A DNA stretch of 64,000 nt from Camelus dromedarius (lineage: Eukaryota): contig NC_087436.1 in NCBI RefSeq assembly GCF_036321535.1, forward strand, positions 71,178,001-71,242,000, in the 5' to 3' direction. Shown here piece after piece: positions 1 to 12,944 of this stretch. Each line of letters begins with the position of its first letter. Position 1 is the stretch's first letter. The translations under genes were made by a program, and so were the position numbers. Under the pieces are notes generated by a model that was not told the origin of the DNA, ran no database searches, and saw nothing but the letters and a program-made list of their open reading frames with translations.

Positions 1-1167
1 AGTATCAAATATCATCATCTTACTGGTTAAGTAAGGATGCTCCGAGCACCTGACCTGCCAGCAGGTGCTAGTCTGTCCTTCATCCCTCCTATTTATAGTA
101 TTGGAGTTTTATTTTTTAAGGATGATATGCTCCCCTTTCAAATAATGACAGGAAACTATATGCCTTAACTTAGAAAATAATTATCATAACATGCTGCAAA
201 ACACTTGTATGTAGTTTTTGAAATCTCCCTTCACAATGATTCTGAGCAATAGATAGGGCAGACAGATTATCTTTCCCTTTCAGATGAGGAAAACTGGGAA
301 CTGGAAAGGCTCATGAGTAGCATAAGGACCCCCTGACCAGAAGTCTAAGTGGGAATACTAAAACCCAGACACTGCAGAGGCTGAGAGCTGAGTGGGCCCA
401 GCATACAGCAGATGCTCAGAAGCTGCTGGTTCTTCTCCTTCCCGACATCTGGACTTGTTTTTTTCATCCTACACACAGTGAAAGTGTTTCTTCAAACTCA
501 ACTTCGGTAAATTTAAACAGAACACAAATATATGTAGGGAAGTTAGATGTGCGGAGTTGGCTCACAGGATATCTTTTTCATACAGCAAAAACGAATCAAC
601 TCATAGCTGCCTTTGTTTCTTCGGTCACAGGTTTGTAATACCGAATGCGACACGCCGCATGTAATGTGTCTAGCAGAGTGCCTAACATAGTTTAAACATG
701 AATAATGGCGGGTTTTATTATGATGATGATGCTTGTAATTCTTATAGAAAGTACAGTGTATACACATTCAAAATAGAGCTTTAAAGGGCTTTAAAAGCAC
801 TAAAAGCTATATAAATCTTCTTTGCCAGGTTTTGGTCCCATCTACAATATCTTATTTCCAAACTAGTCAAGGCTCTTCAACTTGAGTTCTTAACATGCCT
901 TTGTTTTGGGTTTTGTGATCTTTCCCCTCATGAGTGCTGTAGCTTGGCACTTGGCCAGTATCTGAGCATTCAATCCTCACTACACAAGTTGAGATTGAAA
1001 CCTTCTGGGCATCCTTCCCCAAGGAGCAAGGCCAAATCTCCTGTATACGTTCACATGACTTGATTTCTGGACAACTTTCACAAGGAGTGGGGGTGCCAGC
1101 CAGTACATCAAATCCCATTAGCAGGGGCCCAGATACTCTGCTGAGCTGCTGCTGCTTAGCCTATAAT

Positions 1168-1624
1168 TCGTGGGCTGAATGGTGGTCCCAAAGATGTCAG
1201 GTCCTCATCCCTGAAATCTGTAAATGTTACCCTGTTTGAAAAACAGTTTTTGCAGACGTAATTAAATAAGGATTTTTAGATGGATATGCAGGTGGACCCT
1301 AAATGCCATCATATGTACGCTTATAAGAGAGGGGCAGAGGGAAATGTGCACGCAGGAGAGAAGCGAGCAGTGTGGCCCCAAAGTCAGAGGTCAGAGTGGT
1401 GCAGCCCCATGTCACGGCCTTCAGGCAGACACAGAGGCTGGAACAGCCAAGAACAGATTCGCGACTAGACCCTCTGGAGGGAGTACCATCCTGACTGCAC
1501 ACTGATTTCAGCTCAGTGAAACTGACTTTGTTCTTCCAGCCCCCAGGACGGAGAGATAATTTCCCGTTGTTTTACGCCGCTGAGTCTATGGTGACTTGTC
1601 CTAGCGGCCGCGGGACATAGTGCA
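1168..1624 (+). mobile_element. MaLR solo LTR (MLT1D-like)
   Basis: Typical MLT1 text: gtgggctgaatggtggtcccaaagatgtc...tttgcagacgtaattaa...cttataagagagg...ctagaccctctggagggag...ctgatttcagctcagtgaaactga. Confidence 0.8.
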
Positions 1625-1711
1625 CGATGTTAACACAGTACCACGATGAAACGTGAGGTACTGTGGTTTTCTTAAAAAGTGTCCATGCATGTCATTTTAA
1701 AGATGATTATC

Positions 1712-1848
1712 CTTATGGTAGCTCACAGAGAAAAAAATGTGACAATGAATATATATATGTTCACGTATAACTGAAAAATTGTGCTCTGCACTGGAATTTG
1801 ACACAACATTGTAAAATGATTATAAATCAATATAAAATGTTAAAAAAA
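1712..1848 (+). mobile_element. Young 5'-truncated L1 3' end (~137 bp) with perfect 13-bp TSD
   Basis: TSD aaagatgattatc at 1699-1711 and 1849-1861; tt|aaag endonuclease-type site; near-identical to L1 3' ends at 27900-28038 and 30711-30850. Confidence 0.92.
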
Positions 1849-1862
1849 AAAGATGATTATCA

Positions 1863-2042
<180 letters not shown>

Positions 2043-3260
2043 TCAGGGACGTACAGATGGCATGACTCGTACCAACCACAGCTGCTCTACGGTTTCCTTG
2101 GACAGTTTAATTCCAAGTCAACAGTCAAAGTTGTGGCATGGGAAGGAAAAGAACAAAAACCACCACCACCTCAGAATTCAAGTGTAGGGTACTTTTATTC
2201 TGCTTTTCTAAAATAACAATGATAATCAATGATTCTCTAGATGACTTTTAATATTCTGCACACTATTTCTATCTTATGGTTTTCAAAGAAACAGTATTGG
2301 GATTTTAAAGAGAATTAGCATGCAGATTTTCTATAAGTTGGCAACTAAGACAAAATAAATATTTAAAAATCATAGAAATATTAAAATTAAACATTTTTAA
2401 AAAGAGAAATTATTATGAACATTAAATATGAAAACATTATAATGGTTTGGTGGCTCTGAAGCTATCAAATGGCTTCTCTTTATCCCTGTGGGTATGACCT
2501 GGTCAGATATAAATAATAAAAATGCCCATCCTAGTGAGCCAACTTAAAGCCGAAAACATTTGTCAAATTTTCTACGTGAGATGATGTATTCCAGGTGTTA
2601 ACAAAACATCACAATACATTCATGTGGTTTATAAAGTACTTTCCATATATTTGATCCTGGTAACTATCTGTGGCTGAGAAATATGGGTTACAAAGAAAGA
2701 CTATGGTGATGGATACAAGTAAGGCAGTTACAGAGCCAGACCAGAATCTTAGCTTTCTCACTCTTAAGAATGTTTTTTATTTTCCTAAAACGCTACATTA
2801 TCATAACCAAATGTGTGTACTTTTTTCTCACCTACTCTCTTTCTAATGGTAAACATCTTATCATTCTTTAGATAGATTTTAAAATACAGATATCAAGCAC
2901 CAGTTTACCCATATATCCATTGTCTACACCACTAATTATCTGCATACAGCCTTATGGTCATAGCTTTTTTTTTTTTTTAATAAAATTAGTACTCATTTTG
3001 AACCTGGGTTTTTTGTTCTAATTCCTATAACCTAATGCAGAAATTGTACATTTCCACAAAAATGGCGCCAACGCTTTAGAATTCTCAGGTCTAAACACTA
3101 GTGCAGGTAATTAGGAGCGGACAGCGTATGCCTTCCAGACCAAACAGTTGTATGTATCTGCGTGTGGAGCATTTAAAACAGCAGATCAACTTCTTTCGAT
3201 GAAATATCCTTTTTTCATATAGAGCTTGCTCCAACATATAAAAAGCCCTTGTTTACCAGA

Positions 3261-3412
3261 TGTGTGACTTAAGCAAGTTGCTTAATCGCTGTAAGTCCTG
3301 GCTTTATCATCCGTAAAATAAAAGTATCCCAACTCCCTTCTAGCCTATCACAAGGATTAAATAAGATAGTATATTTAAAGCTTAGCTTTAGCAGGTAGTG
3401 ACATAGCAAACA
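3261..3412 (+). mobile_element. MIR SINE fragment
   Basis: tgtgtgacttaagcaagttgcttaa...atccgtaaaat...aggattaaataagata core. Confidence 0.7.
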
Positions 3413-3523
3413 CAAAACCACCAGTAGACAGTCTTGCACCAGTGAGTCTGGAGAGCTCACCAAACAGGAACTACACAAATGGATTTCAAGATGCAAAATC
3501 TAAATTGACTGTGAGTAACATAC

Positions 3524-3656
3524 CGCAGTGCACATTTTATAACCAACCCCAAAGTCAAAACGACATTGCTCATCCATAGAATAATTGATTCCAGGAAGTT
3601 CTGGGAGTTTGGGCCAGTCATGTTCAAAAGGGTCATCAAGGAGACAGTCATAGGAG
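3524..3656 (-). CDS. ADAMTS3: ADAMTS3 coding exon (probably exon 10), end of catalytic domain and start of disintegrin-like domain
   Basis: (H)[44 protein letters not shown]; acceptor ttcctacag|C, donor GCG|gtatgt; 133 bp. Confidence 0.98.
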
Positions 3657-4294
3657 CTGTAGGAAGGAAAATATTGTGCATTGTTAAGTGTTTGTTTTTT
3701 GTAATCATGCTCTAATGAAAAAGTATTCTTAGGTTACATACTCTGGAATTTCATCAGATCACAGAGCACAGTGACAAAGCCACATCTTTCAAGGTTTTTG
3801 GTTTCAGTTCTGTTTAGAAAAAGGCCATTCGTCTTCATTCATCCCAGGAAAATAAGCCAAGCATACTTAGAAACGCAGTAGAACCAGGACAACCTTATTC
3901 GTGTCCCTAGCTGAACTCCCACATGGTGTGGCAGGGCAGATCCTGACACCTATATGGTATATAGGCTACAGGATGTAGGTGGTATACCCTGCAGGCATTA
4001 CGTGACCATTCGTTCCTCCTCCTCACATCAACTTTGATCATTAGTCACAGATTCCATAAAGAATTTACTAAAAGGAAAGCACAGATTAAAAATTCACTTA
4101 GATTCTAGGCTGATGGCTTAAAATAGTGCAATTACATTATGGAATCACTGTGCCCAAAGCTGAGTCACAAGAAAATGTTTATCATGAACAACAGTTTCCA
4201 TTCACTGGGAGCTCTGTTATGACCTAGTTCCTAAGAGCCTGTTTTACGTCTGTATTTCTGCTATAACGCTCCCATGACATGCAGAAGGACCTAC

Positions 4295-4438
4295 TGGATG
4301 TATCTTTTCAGTTCTTGGCCACTGCACCGGGACCAGTGGTAACGATGAAACGCAGCTTGCACCAAGGGAGCCATGACACTCCCCATTGCGGTCTCATCAC
4401 CACACCTGTTGCCTTGTCCATCGTGCTCCATTCCCAAC
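4295..4438 (-). CDS. ADAMTS3: ADAMTS3 coding exon (probably exon 9), third zinc His and Met-turn
   Basis: (V)[47 protein letters not shown](H); acceptor ttccag|G, donor CA|gtaggt; 144 bp. Confidence 0.98.
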
Positions 4439-4839
4439 CTGGAATGCAAAGTGACACGCTACTGCTAAGAATCATCATATGGGCCAAGTGCGTAATTTCT
4501 GTTTTGAAATTAAGTACCAGGAACAGGTATTTTTTACGTCAATGTGGCTTTTGTGGATGAGTCCCAGAAACTGGGAAATGGAGAGAAATCTGACAGAAAT
4601 GCCTTTCTCATTAGATAGTTACGAAAAGCCTGGGAGTGTCTCTGCAAGCCAGAGTCACTCATTTAGTTGCAGCGCGTGATCCCTCCGCCGCTGTCAGCTC
4701 CTCTCACTTGGCAAGGGACGAGAGTAGCATGCTGGCGAGCACTCTGCCCAAAGTGTGAACAATACCAAGAGAAGCAGGGAAGAAAAGACCTTTCTTTCTT
4801 TCTTTTTTTTTCCTCTTTATAGCTGTCAACAGTGACTTA

Positions 4840-4962
<123 letters not shown>

Positions 4963-5694
4963 TTACTTTTATTTTCGTTTTATGAGAAAACCCATTAAGA
5001 ATTACTCCTGGACCTTTGCCTGGGTGTAGGGGGGAAGCTTTTCAGGAAACAGAGGCAGAATTGTTTCACTGCTAGCATTGTGCCACAGTCTCGGGGAAAA
5101 GCCACAGGTAACGGGCTCTAAAAAGATTCACTCGGTCTGCATTTTCTCCCTTCCTAAGGGAAAGGACTGCCTGGGGTTAGCATTCTGTTCTGCCCACCAA
5201 CTAAGCTCTGTCTCCCTGCCGTAGTGAATGGTCTTTCGTATCACAGTCCTGATGAAGGGAGCCAGAAATTCCATCAATGCTGAAAAGAAAATTGTCAGTC
5301 TACTTTTTCCCAAAGTCAGCATCAGAATTTATTAGATAAATGTAAACTGACTTGGGAAGAAAGGCCTTTGGCAGCAGACGTTTCTCATGGCATCGCCCCT
5401 CCCGTTCCCAGCCGTTCGTGGAAATCACACTGCATTTTATAGCATCCCCTCCATAACCCACATGCACACCCATTATTGTAGAGGCAAGTGCCATTTATTA
5501 TGGGATTTAAGTGGCATTTAACGTGCTGAATTCCACAGAAGTCACTGGAAGCAATAGAAAGAAAATCTATGCTTGGCTGGGGCATGGTAGAAAGTGGTGG
5601 TGGGGAGTTGGACATTTGAACAAACTCCCTGATTTAGGATTACTTTTGAAAAGTCATGCCCTTAAGTTTTTCTTCTACATATTAATGGAAATAC

Positions 5695-5851
5695 CTTGCA
5701 TTCCAGCAGGTCCAAAGTCTTGCCTGGTTAGGAAAATTGCATGATCATGGTGTTCAGAGTGATTGGGATCAGATTTTTGTTGTTGGCAAGCCCAGCGGCA
5801 CACGTTCTCCAAGCTCCTGGATGGATTTCCCCTTTCTATGAGGCTGATGGA
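5695..5851 (-). CDS. ADAMTS3: ADAMTS3 coding exon (probably exon 7), metalloprotease domain
   Basis: [52 protein letters not shown](G); acceptor ctcctag|TCC, donor CAAG|gtattt; 157 bp. Confidence 0.97.
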
Positions 5852-7726
5852 CTAGGAGGGAACAACATGATAAGGACATACGCAGCATCTCCCCAAGGCT
5901 GCTTTTAATAACTTTCCCTGGGAAGTTAATGATTGGGATTACAGTAAGTAAATAATGTACAATAATATTATTGGGGGCTTTTTTAGATATCCACTTTCAC
6001 TTGGAAATTCTAAATGCCCATGAGGGATACCTTTATGATGATCAGTATTACCTGGGTGAAAGGTGACTGACATTACATTTGGTGGAAATATGTGATACTG
6101 AGATGTGCTATTGTGAAGCAATTCAATATTAATGAATTGGGTAAAAATTCTGGTATGAATTCCTGATTCAGCTGAGATTTTCAGTTTCATAAATATTAAG
6201 AACAAAAATAGAGGACAGAGGGAAAGATTGGGGCATGAGACTTTTTTTCCAGAGATGTTAAAGTGAAAGATCTTCAGTTTCAATTTTTTTTTCAGTCCAT
6301 ATGGGAAAAATGTAAGTATTTCAATGAGCTGGCAAAGCTGGTCAAAACTTCATTTATGAAGAACAGTCAAATTATATAAACTTCACACTGAAAGAAAACT
6401 ACCATTTTTTTTACCTCACCTCAGTGAAGAGGGATATACTCTGATTTTTCAGTTCTGAGAGATGGATTGACATTCCTTGGAATGCTGCTACTATCCCATT
6501 ATGGTCAGGAGTTAAAAGTTCAGAGGGAAAGGGCCCATCCTTTAAGAGCCCAGGAGCCACACTTCCCAGAGTAGTTCTGATGGAATGAGAAACTGAACTT
6601 GGAATCCCAAATCAGTCCCTACTTGGCTGACAGGCTTGAGAATTTTGTTACATTTCAGCAAATGTTGTTATCAGTGTTTACATTCTTAATCTCAAAAAAA
6701 AAAAAAAAAGCTTGATTTGTTATATGCTGATCACTTACTTCTCCAAACAAATGATTTAACAACCAATTGAAGGCTGTTAACGTCTCCAGCTGGAGTTGAC
6801 TTGCATTCAGTATTGGAGACACAAAGTAGGTCAGGTTGGTGGATAAACTAAAGATCAAAGACACCCTCTCATCAGAAAATGGTAAATTTTAATACATAAT
6901 GAAATGAAACCACATGGAAATTTTCCTGCTTGCTAAATACATAATTTCACTAGTGTTCCATAATCAGGAGGATTAATTATGGGAGGGGTGAATGTAATTT
7001 TGAACATCAAGAAAGTTGCCAGTTAGTCACTCCCCCTGTATTTTCTCCTCAAAGGGAGAGACTATTACGTCTATTCCATTATTTCCAAGGACAGGGACAC
7101 ATCTAGTACCATTTTAAAGCCAGCTAAATTTACATTCCATAAAATGCCTATGATATACATTTTGACCCAACGTCTTGTTTTCAAAAAGATTAAACACTTT
7201 ATAAATTAAAAAAAAATTCACTGTGTGCTTCACTTTTCTTAACTGGAAAGATATGCATGTACAATACGGTTTTTAACAAATCATGGGAGGGTAAGGATCT
7301 CTGTTCTTTTGCTTCACTAATATTTTTGAAGCAGCACCTAGAAAGCACCTGACATACAGTAGGTACTAAATACAGATGTTTTGAATTCATAAATGAATCA
7401 TAAATTTGATGATGATGATGATGAACTAAGGGAATTCTCTTTCCTTACAACAGTATCCATTCATTATATCCCTGCAGTCATGCCTAAAACCAGGATAATT
7501 ACCTCCAACTCCATTAGACAGAGGTAAACAAAGCAAACGGTACCAACCCCAAAATCATTCATCATCTGCTCTAATTTAGAGAGCTCAGTTCATTGTGGCG
7601 GTTTCTCTCCATCAGTTCAGAGCAACCGAGGTCTATGTGAGACATATCTATGCCACAGGTCAGGTATGGCTTTGGTAAGCTAATGTTTGCTAACCCCATC
7701 TTTAATGTTCATCATTCACATTTTAC

Positions 7727-7810
7727 CTTTGTGTAACCCAGCATTATCATTCGCACCAGGACCACATTTATATGCACTCCGAGCGACTCATCGTGGTAAA
7801 TTTCATTCAC
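7727..7810 (-). CDS. ADAMTS3: ADAMTS3 coding exon (probably exon 6), metalloprotease domain
   Basis: [28 protein letters not shown]; acceptor tttctag|GTG, donor AAG|gtaaaa; 84 bp, in frame with the previous exon. Confidence 0.97.
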
Positions 7811-8095
7811 CTAGAAACAAAGCAGATAGTAACTAGGAGAAAGGCAATATGAAGGATGTCATAGGATGCACAACATTTCAGGGCTCAGCCATGCAATTCC
7901 AAATACTGGAGTCAAGTCACTGTTTAAAAATTTAGTTTAAACTGAATGAAAATGAATGAAAATGAAATGAAATCATTTACTGTTAACTTAAGAGTAATTC
8001 TTGGTTATGTGAATTGCTGATTTTGTAAAGCCCACAGTACCATGAACAAAGAGAATATACTTTAAAAGGACTTCACTAAACCACTATAGCATTAA

Positions 8096-8720
8096 TGAGA
8101 CAGGAGGGAAGGGGTTAGGGCACAACCATTGAAAGAATGACACAGCCATTGAGAACAGGACGTAAACTGGTTAAAACCCAACTAGGCCCAAGATGGCAGA
8201 AGATGTGACTTCCAGTAGACCTTGAGCTTCATTATACACTTATTCTAACATATTAGCATGGTAAATGACACTCCCACAGGTGCCATGACAGTTTGAGGCT
8301 AACCATAAAAGCCCAAAAAGTGGACAGTGGCCCAATTCCTGGGAATCCCCACCCCTTCCTGAAAGTAGTTGGAATACTCCCCCGGCTTGTTAGCATATGA
8401 AATTACTGAGCTTATAAAAACTAACCACCCCACACCTCAAGGTCACTCTCTCTCTTGCCTTTGGAGATGGCCAGCCCTCTGTCTATGGAGTGTGTGTCTC
8501 CTAAACTGCTCTCAGTTTCCAGGAAGACCCCTGGTGGCCCTGGGGCCACCTCTTGCCCCTTGAAATGGCCCGCATACTGCCTATGGAGAGTGTATCTGCC
8601 TGAATAAACCTACTTTCACTCTACTTCGGCATGCACTTGAATTCTTTCCTGCGAGAAGCCAAGGACCGTCACTTGTTGGGACACATTCCAGGGATTCTCG
8701 TGTCCTATTCTCCTGCAACA
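8096..8720 (+). mobile_element. ERV1 solo LTR, MER41-like
   Basis: TG...CA termini, degenerate 4-bp TSD (ttaa/ttag), TATA-like tataaaa near 8413, AATAAA near 8603; MER41-type segments gacactcccacaggtgccatgacagttt and ttgaattctttcctgcgagaagccaagga. Confidence 0.8.
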
Positions 8721-9849
8721 TTAGGAGTCCACATGTACTACAGTCCACACAGAACATTCATCAACCACAACAAGCAACCACAAGAGGGTGACTATGCTCA
8801 AGCATGTGCCAGCCGTGAGTGGCTGCAACCATGTGGAGGAAAAGGGCAAGATGTCTTCCTGAGTGCCCCCTCACCACTGGGGGTGCTATGTCTAGTTGGG
8901 GTGCCCTTGGAAATGGAGCCAGTGTACAGGAGCTGTGGTGGTCTATCTGTGGGCCAGTAACAGGGTGGCCCTCCCACTGGCCCTCCCCACCCTGCCCAGG
9001 AGTGGGGCAGCTGAGGCAACAGTTATTTAGAAATCCTACAGTATAGAAATCCTTCAATATTTGAATTGCTAAGTACACATAATATGAATATCATCCTGGG
9101 TATAGCTCAGAAGGTCAAAGTTGAGTCACTGCTTTTTACTTAGTTTTAAATGTTAAATTAAAATTTCTCCAAGTGATTTGGTATACTTTAGAATCAGATA
9201 TTAGAACTTAGGCAACCTCAGAGATCATAGTCCAACACAGATTTACACAGATGATAAAGATAAAGACCACAGAGATTAGCTGACATGCAAAAACACATGG
9301 TAAATTATTGGCGGGTATGAATATAAAGTAGGCTTATACCCTCTGGTTATGCTAGTGCAAAATCACTGTGAATAAAGATTGCTTAGTTAGTTGGCAAATG
9401 CTAGCAGAAATGGGAAAGGTGGAGTTATCTGGCTAGATTTCAAAGTTCTTAGCTGTTCTCAGGAACAGGGAACCAACATTTGTCACAATAATTAAAAGAA
9501 GGATGGAAAATCAACAGCAATTCAACTTGAGATCCAGGAGGTTTGGACAGAAGGCACAGCAAATTTATAACCTACAGAAGAAAGATAGGTACAGTCTTAT
9601 GAAGAGAAGCTTTAAAAAGAAATATAATTCAAGGTTAATAGGATGGTCTAAGAAAAAGAAATCCTTGAATCATAAAATTGTGAATTGTGACAAAGACCAA
9701 GAAACAGACCAAGAAATCTCACATGAAATGTTTTAGGAATCTAATGCAACTACACAGAACACCTTAAAATATCAAGGCCTTAAATGCAGACTAAAATGAA
9801 TACTTATTGAATTTGCAGATGGAACAAAAAAGGGAAGAACTACTAAGAT

Positions 9850-10240
9850 AAAGGAAAAAGATCCAGGAGAGCTAGTATATACAGAAGATGACAAAGTGTA
9901 GTTTAACAAGAAAAGATTTAGGGTCCCTTTAAGTGGAAAAATGCATGTGTGTATATATATACGTATATGTATACACACACACACACACACACACACACAT
10001 ATGCATTTACAAACACACACATACAATGGTAAGACCCAATTTAATACCTCTTCAAGATAGGCCAAGGAGTGGAAAAAAATTTGCAACTCACTCTTGCAGT
10101 GCACAGGTATACAGGCTGGTAGGTCATGCCCAAGTTGTTTTACTATAGACCAGAGAACACCTGAAGTATTGAGTTCATTTTGTCTGCTCTGTTTTATAAA
10201 AGAGGTGTAGACAAACAGGAAGGTATCCAGGCTTCTCTTT
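9850..10240 (+). mobile_element. L3/CR1 LINE remnant interrupted by a (TA)/(CA) microsatellite
   Basis: cacctgaagtattgagttcattttgtctgctctgttttataaaagaggtgtagacaaacaggaaggtatccagg resembles the CR1 RT C-terminal region. Confidence 0.5.
9946..10023. repeat. Compound (TG)/(TA)/(CA)n microsatellite
   Basis: Direct reading. Confidence 0.95.
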
Positions 10241-11207
10241 AAGCAAACAGCATGGAGCTTAGAAAATGTGTCACATAAAAAATGCTGGGCGGTCTCTAGT
10301 AGTCTCAGTTGACATCTCGGTTTGACCTATCATTGCTCGTGCGGTCTTCGTCTTTCTGAGCCTCAATCAAATGGACATACTATCACCTCAGAGGGCTGGG
10401 GAAAGAACTGAAAGATTTAATTCACGCACACAAATTGCTCAAAAATTTTATGAATGAGAAGGAGAGAGGGACACTAAATCATGTTAGAGTGTGGGAAGTA
10501 GGAAAGAAAACCTAGAAAGAAGACTTGATAGTCACCATGTGGAAAAGGGGTTCATTTATTCTGTATATCTGCAGCAAATAAAACTAAAACCCAAGGGTTC
10601 ACACTATTAAAGGGGAAGATTTCAGGTCAAAAAAAAAAATAAATAAAAAAAAAAAGAATCCTGGCCCCAAAGCTGTGATTTCTTATGACCCTTTTTGTCA
10701 TGGCCAGATTTTCTTACCTTACTCCATAACTCACACTGCCTAATTGAAGACTGAATCCTGAATCCCCTTCCTCTTCTGGATTAATTATCTGAGATGAAAT
10801 ATCCAACATCATAGTTCCAATACATGTAAAAGTCCAAAGCCAGGCCTGTCACATTCATCTAGAGACTCGTGGACATTCCAAAGATTTCTCATAAAGGCAG
10901 CTGAATTAGCAACACAGCTTCACACACAAAGTTATAACCTGTATTTAGCTTAATGTGATTGAAATGTAAATGCATTTAATATTAAAAAAATGTTGCAATC
11001 AATGTTAGTAAATGCACAAAATAGGGAAATGATAAAATTTTAAACTAAACAAAAATAAACAAATAGAAATGAATTAATTTCTGGAGGAGAGGTGATGCAG
11101 GGGAGGGAGGCCCTTACAGCCACTGCAGAAGAGCACTGACAATTACACTTCTAAATGTTATAGGAAACACATATATCAGAAAACTATTAGAATCATAAAA
11201 TAAATGA

Positions 11208-11295
11208 GGTGGGGTATAGCTCAGTGGTAGAGTGCGCGCATTTAGCAAACACAAGGTCCTGGGTTCACTCCCCAACCTCCAGAAAATAAAATAAA
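11208..11295 (+). mobile_element. tRNA-derived SINE (camelid Vic-1-like)
   Basis: ggggtatagctcagtggtagag (A box)...gggttcactcccc (B box), (aaaat)n tail, TSD ataaaataaatga at 11195-11207 and 11296-11308. Confidence 0.85.
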
Positions 11296-11984
11296 ATAAA
11301 ATAAATGAAAAGTGGCAATCATAACAAATAGTTTGTAATATCTGAGTTAGTGTAATGTATAATATATCATCACCCTAAATTCGCAAATTCATTTGTACTT
11401 GGTACATTTTAAAATCAGTACAATGCAGAGAAAGTATAATAGACAAAAGTCATGTTCTCAGTGGCAATATTACATTATAACCTGATGGAATAAAAAGACA
11501 CTTTCTTAAAGTCAAATTTACCAATCGCCAAAAGAAAAGTATTATTTAACAAAAATCACTATTATGCCAGGCTACGCAGATAACACGGTGTTCCAGTAGA
11601 AACCAAAATCAGCTGCAGAATGCTGAGTCAGCACACATCTGTGAAACTGTCTCAAGGTATAACTAAATTATTATGGGTAGAAATAATCAAATAATAAGGC
11701 AATATTTGTACATAGCAGAAGATATTCTTTCAATGGGGCAAATCAACAAATATTAGGTGTCTGTATTGGGCAAAGCACAATACATTATTTAGGATATCAT
11801 TTATTATGTTGCTTTTCAAGGTTTGAATAAGTTGTTTCCTGTACATTATTCACTTATAAAATGCAGTTAATAATTTGGCTGCTCGTCATCTGGCCAGGAA
11901 CAGGATGCAATGTTTTTACACTCTGAGACATGGAGGCTATGATGAGAGTTGGAGAAATAATCAGCACCACGGGATGAGACATAC

Positions 11985-12170
11985 TCGAAGACCTGGATTC
12001 TGGTCCCAACTATGCCGCTGATAAACTGAGTGACCTTGGGTTGGTTGCTTAACCTCTCTGGGCCTCTGTTTTCTCACTGGCAAATTATGATCATACTTGC
12101 TCTGCCTACTTCACATGGTTGCTGTTCAAATCAAGCAAAATGTCACACAAATGCCCTCAGCAAAATACAA
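11985..12170 (+). mobile_element. MIR SINE
   Basis: agacctggattctggtccc...gtgaccttgggttggttgcttaacctctctgggcctctgttttctca. Confidence 0.75.
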
Positions 12171-12944
12171 AGCACGTTAGCACACTTCTACCTATCCATG
12201 CAAAAATTTCAAAGGTTTGTGGATGTATTTTCATGATCTACCTGAAAAGACGAAACAAACAAATAAAACACACTGTCCCCATCTTAGTTTTCACTGAAAA
12301 GGACTTGACGACTCTTACACTGTAAGTTTGTTTGCTCTCAATAGATTCAAAGAAGTAGTTTAAATTATGACAAAAAATGGGAAAAACGTTTAACACATGT
12401 TTTTTTTCAAAAATATTCTGTAAATGCTGTACAAAAGCTCTTTCCAGCAGATGGCAGTATGCACATTTTAGAGGGGTGAAGGACAAGTTGCTTTACATAC
12501 CTGAATGTACTTACATACCAGTTGGTGTGTCTGCCTTTTTGTATATTTACACATAAGTAAAACAACTTCCTGAAAATTAAATAAGAATTTTAAAATATTT
12601 TAGCCTGAGGAAAACACTGAGTCACTGGACTCAAAAACAAAGAAAAATATTGAAGTTATCTTGATTAAGATTGTTTTCCAGTGTCATTGATTAAAACATT
12701 ATGTAAGAGGTATAAAGAAACTTATGATCTGGCTATAAATTAATCACCAATTTTAAAATCAATAAATGATACACAGAAAGAACTAAAAGTATATTAGGCT
12801 GAATTAACTATTTGAACCTGTCAAAATGAACTAAAATACCATTTGTTAAGAAAGCATTTTTATAACTCATAGTGACAAGGAAAGCAATTTTTTCCCTAAG
12901 TAACAGGAGTATCAACAACAAAGAAAACAGCATTATAAAGGTCT

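Noticed and set aside
5487..5520. Small imperfect hairpin aagtgccattta...taagtggcattt
   Set aside because: A 12-bp stem with mismatches is within chance expectation.
9098..9112. gggtatagctcag match to the SINE/tRNA A box
   Set aside because: Only 13 bp, with no B box, tail or TSD.
11211..11281. tRNA-Ala-like sequence as a real tRNA gene
   Set aside because: Degenerate stems, an A-rich tail and flanking TSD show a retroposed SINE.
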